Source of the DNA: Candidatus Zixiibacteriota bacterium
Lineage (GTDB): Bacteria; RBG-13-66-14; B26-G2; WVWN01
Direction: 5' to 3'
DNA length: 29,877 nucleotides
Assembly (NCBI GenBank): GCA_050117845.1
Contig: JASFLY010000033.1
Span: 1 to 29,877 of the forward strand
The notes beneath the pieces were generated by a model that made no database searches, was not told the origin of the DNA, and saw nothing but the letters and a program-made list of their open reading frames with translations. Both the position numbers and the translations under genes were made by a program. Below are positions 26,269-29,877 of the stretch, in pieces; position 1 is the stretch's first letter; each line of letters begins with the position of its first letter.

Positions 26269-26612
26269 TTTACGACCTCCGAACGTCGGGTGAAACGCTT
26301 TCCCGAGGGGATATGGCCGGATGGATGATTACCAATTCGGCCCCCCGGATTGTCGAATTACTTTTACTTGAGTCCGGTCCAACTATAATTTACCTTGCAT
26401 AATAAATATAGTGCGTTAGTTTTATTGCATAATAGTATAAGCGTACATTATTATTGTGAGTATAGCATATATATATCCAAATAACACGTATAAAAGCAAC
26501 AAACCTCCGCCTCGGCGCAAGGTAAAAAACGGAGGGAAGCGGCGCGAAGCCGGGTTCTTCTCGCCCCTGCCCGGCGTAAACGCGGGGACAAAAAAACCGC
26601 CCCGCCGGCCAA

Positions 26613-26719
26613 GGGGGGAGTCAGTTAGACAGCGGGCTTAAGCCCCCTGTCTCCGCAAGATAAAAATCCCCCCGCGGGTCATTGGGGGGGAGTGGGGAGG
26701 GCGATTATTGTATATTTAG
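26613..26719. repeat. ~105-bp intergenic repeat, copy A (degenerate)
   Basis: Aligns with 28287-28388: GGGGAG..GTTAGACAGCGGGCTTAAGCCC.CTGTC...AAAAATCCCCC.G..GGTCA..G-rich..ATTATT.TAT.T.AG. Confidence 0.8.
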
Positions 26720-26772
26720 CTACAAGGGTTATTTATACGGTGGCGCGCCGTTAACGACGCTAGGAGTGCCAC

Positions 26773-27186
26773 CTACTGTTCGCCGTTTGGTAAGACGTCG
26801 TTTCCTTCTTCGTCGCCTTCGCCGCCGCGGTCCCGCGTTATCAAACGCTCCGCTAAGAGGAGGCCGCCGACGATCAAGAATAGGAGTCCCTCGAAAATGC
26901 CCAGGATACTAAGGCCGCTCATGATCAGGACTACGGGCGCGGAGAGAACGGCGGACCACAACCCCCAATCTTTAGCCCGCGGCGTTTCGTAAACGAGGCC
27001 GACGCCGATGGCGACGTACGCGTGGGCTATGCACATGTTCCATAGACCCAATATGAAAGTAAAGAGGGTATCTTCCTCTTTTATGAGCATCAGGCTGGAG
27101 GAAACCTGTACTAAACCCATCAATAACCAGTAGGCGGTTAAAACGAAGTATACGACCGCGGCGATTCGAAGGAGTTTTTTTGGCAC
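26773..27186 (-). CDS. Hypothetical membrane protein (~4 TM helices)
   Basis: GGAGG RBS before GTG; four hydrophobic segments and an acidic tail. Confidence 0.7.
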   Translation of the reverse strand: MPKKLLRIAAVVYFVLTAYWLLMGLVQVSSSLMLIKEEDTLFTFILGLWNMCIAHAYVAIGVGLVYETPRAKDWGLWSAVLSAPVVLIMSGLSILGIFEGLLFLIVGGLLLAERLITRDRGGEGDEEGNDVLPNGEQ

Positions 27187-27394
27187 GGGGCCTCCCTGTT
27201 ATCCTGCTCCCTTAAGGTACGTTTCGAACTCGTAATCAACCCTGCCGGCCCCGCGGCTCGGCGCTTTAATTATGCGGGGACGGATATACTTTTCAATATA
27301 TCCGGGAATCGCCCCGAAGTCAAGGAGGGAGGGAACGCAACGTTGACGAGCGGCCGAGCGTCATGTGCGTCAAGGCCGAACGCCTCCGGCTATT

Positions 27395-27420
27395 AAAAAG
27401 GCCTCCCGGGAGGGGAGGCC
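27395..27420 (-). terminator. Intrinsic terminator
   Basis: GGCCTCCC...GGGAGGCC with a U-run on the minus strand, just past the OMP stop. Confidence 0.7.
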
Positions 27421-27439
27421 GGAGTTATTTCGCGCGCGT

Positions 27440-28174
27440 TTAGATGTGGTACTCGATACCGAACGCCGTGGTGACGTAAGGCGCCGGTTTCCATGTCTCC
27501 TCATACTCCGCGCCCGGTATTTCTACGAATTCGTCGTAGTCCTCGAATTCGTAAGACCCTTCGAAAAGCGCGTTGTATTTAACGAGGCCGGTTATCGCGA
27601 CTTTCGGGGTTACGAAATAGTTTATACCGCCGCCGACGTACACGCCGAAGTGCGAACCGCTTGCGGTTAAGCTCCCAGTATCCGTATCTACCTCTATCTT
27701 ACTCATCGAGATGAGCAAGCCGCCGCAGCCGACGGGGTTTAACCCCACCGCCATGGGATAAGTGTACCGGCCGCCGGCGTAGAGGTTGTTCATCTTCCAG
27801 GTTATAGTATCCTCGCGTTGTATATATCCGAAAGGCTCGGCCTCGCCTTCGACGGTAATCGTCCCCTTGATCGTGGCCTCGCTGTTCTTATAGCCCGTGT
27901 GCATTTCGAGGCCGCCCTCGACGCCGAACATGGGTACGAAGTAGACGACGCCGCCGATCGCGAAGTTAGCCGGACCCATCTTGAAGGGGTAGCCGTCCGT
28001 CATGTCGACGTCCAACGTTGTACTCCCTCCCATTGCAGACAACGTGCCTTCAGTTACCTTGGCCTCGCCTATCGGGATTCCCGGAAGGTAATAGCCGCCG
28101 AAGCCCCCCGTTATGCCGTAGGCACCCGCGGCTATTATCAAAGAAAGCGTTAAGAAGAAAGTTATCTTGCCCAT
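27440..28174 (-). CDS. Outer-membrane beta-barrel protein
   Basis: AAGGAGG RBS, signal peptide, FGVEGG, YAGGRY, FGVYVGGGINYFVT, C-terminal FGIEYHI. Confidence 0.78.
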   Translation of the reverse strand: MGKITFFLTLSLIIAAGAYGITGGFGGYYLPGIPIGEAKVTEGTLSAMGGSTTLDVDMTDGYPFKMGPANFAIGGVVYFVPMFGVEGGLEMHTGYKNSEATIKGTITVEGEAEPFGYIQREDTITWKMNNLYAGGRYTYPMAVGLNPVGCGGLLISMSKIEVDTDTGSLTASGSHFGVYVGGGINYFVTPKVAITGLVKYNALFEGSYEFEDYDEFVEIPGAEYEETWKPAPYVTTAFGIEYHI

Positions 28175-28286
28175 CCGCCAACCTCCTTAGTAATACCACC
28201 CGGATGATGAGTATACTACGGTGGAAGCCGACCCGTACGGCCGACACCCCCGCCTCTTTGCTTACTAACGCTAGTATCTGTTGGGA

Positions 28287-28400
28287 GGGGGAGTTCGTTA
28301 GACAGCGGGCTTAAGCCCGCTGTCCGGGGGCAAAAAAAATCCCCCGGCCGGTCAAGGAGGGAGGGGGATGTCATTATTTTTATTTCAGACCGCCGGGGGA
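28287..28400. repeat. ~110-bp intergenic repeat, copy B: 24-bp perfect palindrome plus large-loop terminator-like hairpin
   Basis: GACAGCGGGCTTAAGCCCGCTGTC (28301-28324); TCCCCCGGCCGGTC/GACCGCCGGGGGA inverted repeat (28340-28353, 28388-28400) with an A8 run at 28332-28339. Confidence 0.8.
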
Positions 28401-28552
28401 ATTCCAGTCGAAGCGAATCCTAAAAATATAAGAAGGCGTGCGTTACGCCGCGTCCGCGTCAATCGACCATTGGAGTAGGGCGCTGTTGGTGTCGGTTCGC
28501 CGAACGTCGCCCAAGACGAACGGTTCCCCGACGCGCCCGAAAAACTCCTTAG

Positions 28553-29877
<1,325 letters not shown>

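Noticed and set aside
26395..26434. TTGCA as a sigma54 -12 element
   Set aside because: No GG at the -24 position for either copy
26676..26701. G-quadruplex consensus (four G-runs) on the plus strand
   Set aside because: Explained as the complement of the C-rich loop of the repeat element; the other copies do not keep four G-tracts
28400..28550. Possible tRNA in the post-16S spacer
   Set aside because: No cloverleaf, T-loop GTTCRA in proper context or acceptor stem could be found by eye

Overview
High-GC bacterial chromosomal window from a diderm lineage. It encodes outer-membrane beta-barrels and secreted proteins with T9SS/FlgD-like C-terminal domains; this style suggests an FCB-associated candidate phylum, but taxonomy was not verified. 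The left half is mostly housekeeping or envelope genes: NHL lipoprotein, nucleoside-phosphorylase-like gene coupled to a GlcD-type FAD oxidase, ICMT/PEMT-like gene plus TetR-HlyD-ABC efflux operon, DUF389, DUF362, purB, HtrA, an M28 peptidase with an inserted beta-propeller, two tandem secreted propeller paralogues and an OMP. The most interesting part is 20.8-26.3 kb (minus strand), a signalling cluster with an MglA/CvnD-type small GTPase, two near-identical roadblock/LC7 proteins, an FHA-DUF4388-MshEN-like effector, two stand-alone Cys-containing V4R-like proteins, and three tandem 42-44 aa three-cysteine mini-proteins. Two of these mini-proteins are absent from the ORF track and the third is over-extended there. 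The right end carries a family of intergenic hairpin repeats with C-rich anti-SD-like loops, a second OMP, and the 3' ~1.3 kb of a 16S rRNA gene. That gene appears unlinked from 23S/tRNA and has an indel in the 341F/EUB338 site. All calls come from reading motifs by eye; no database searches were run.
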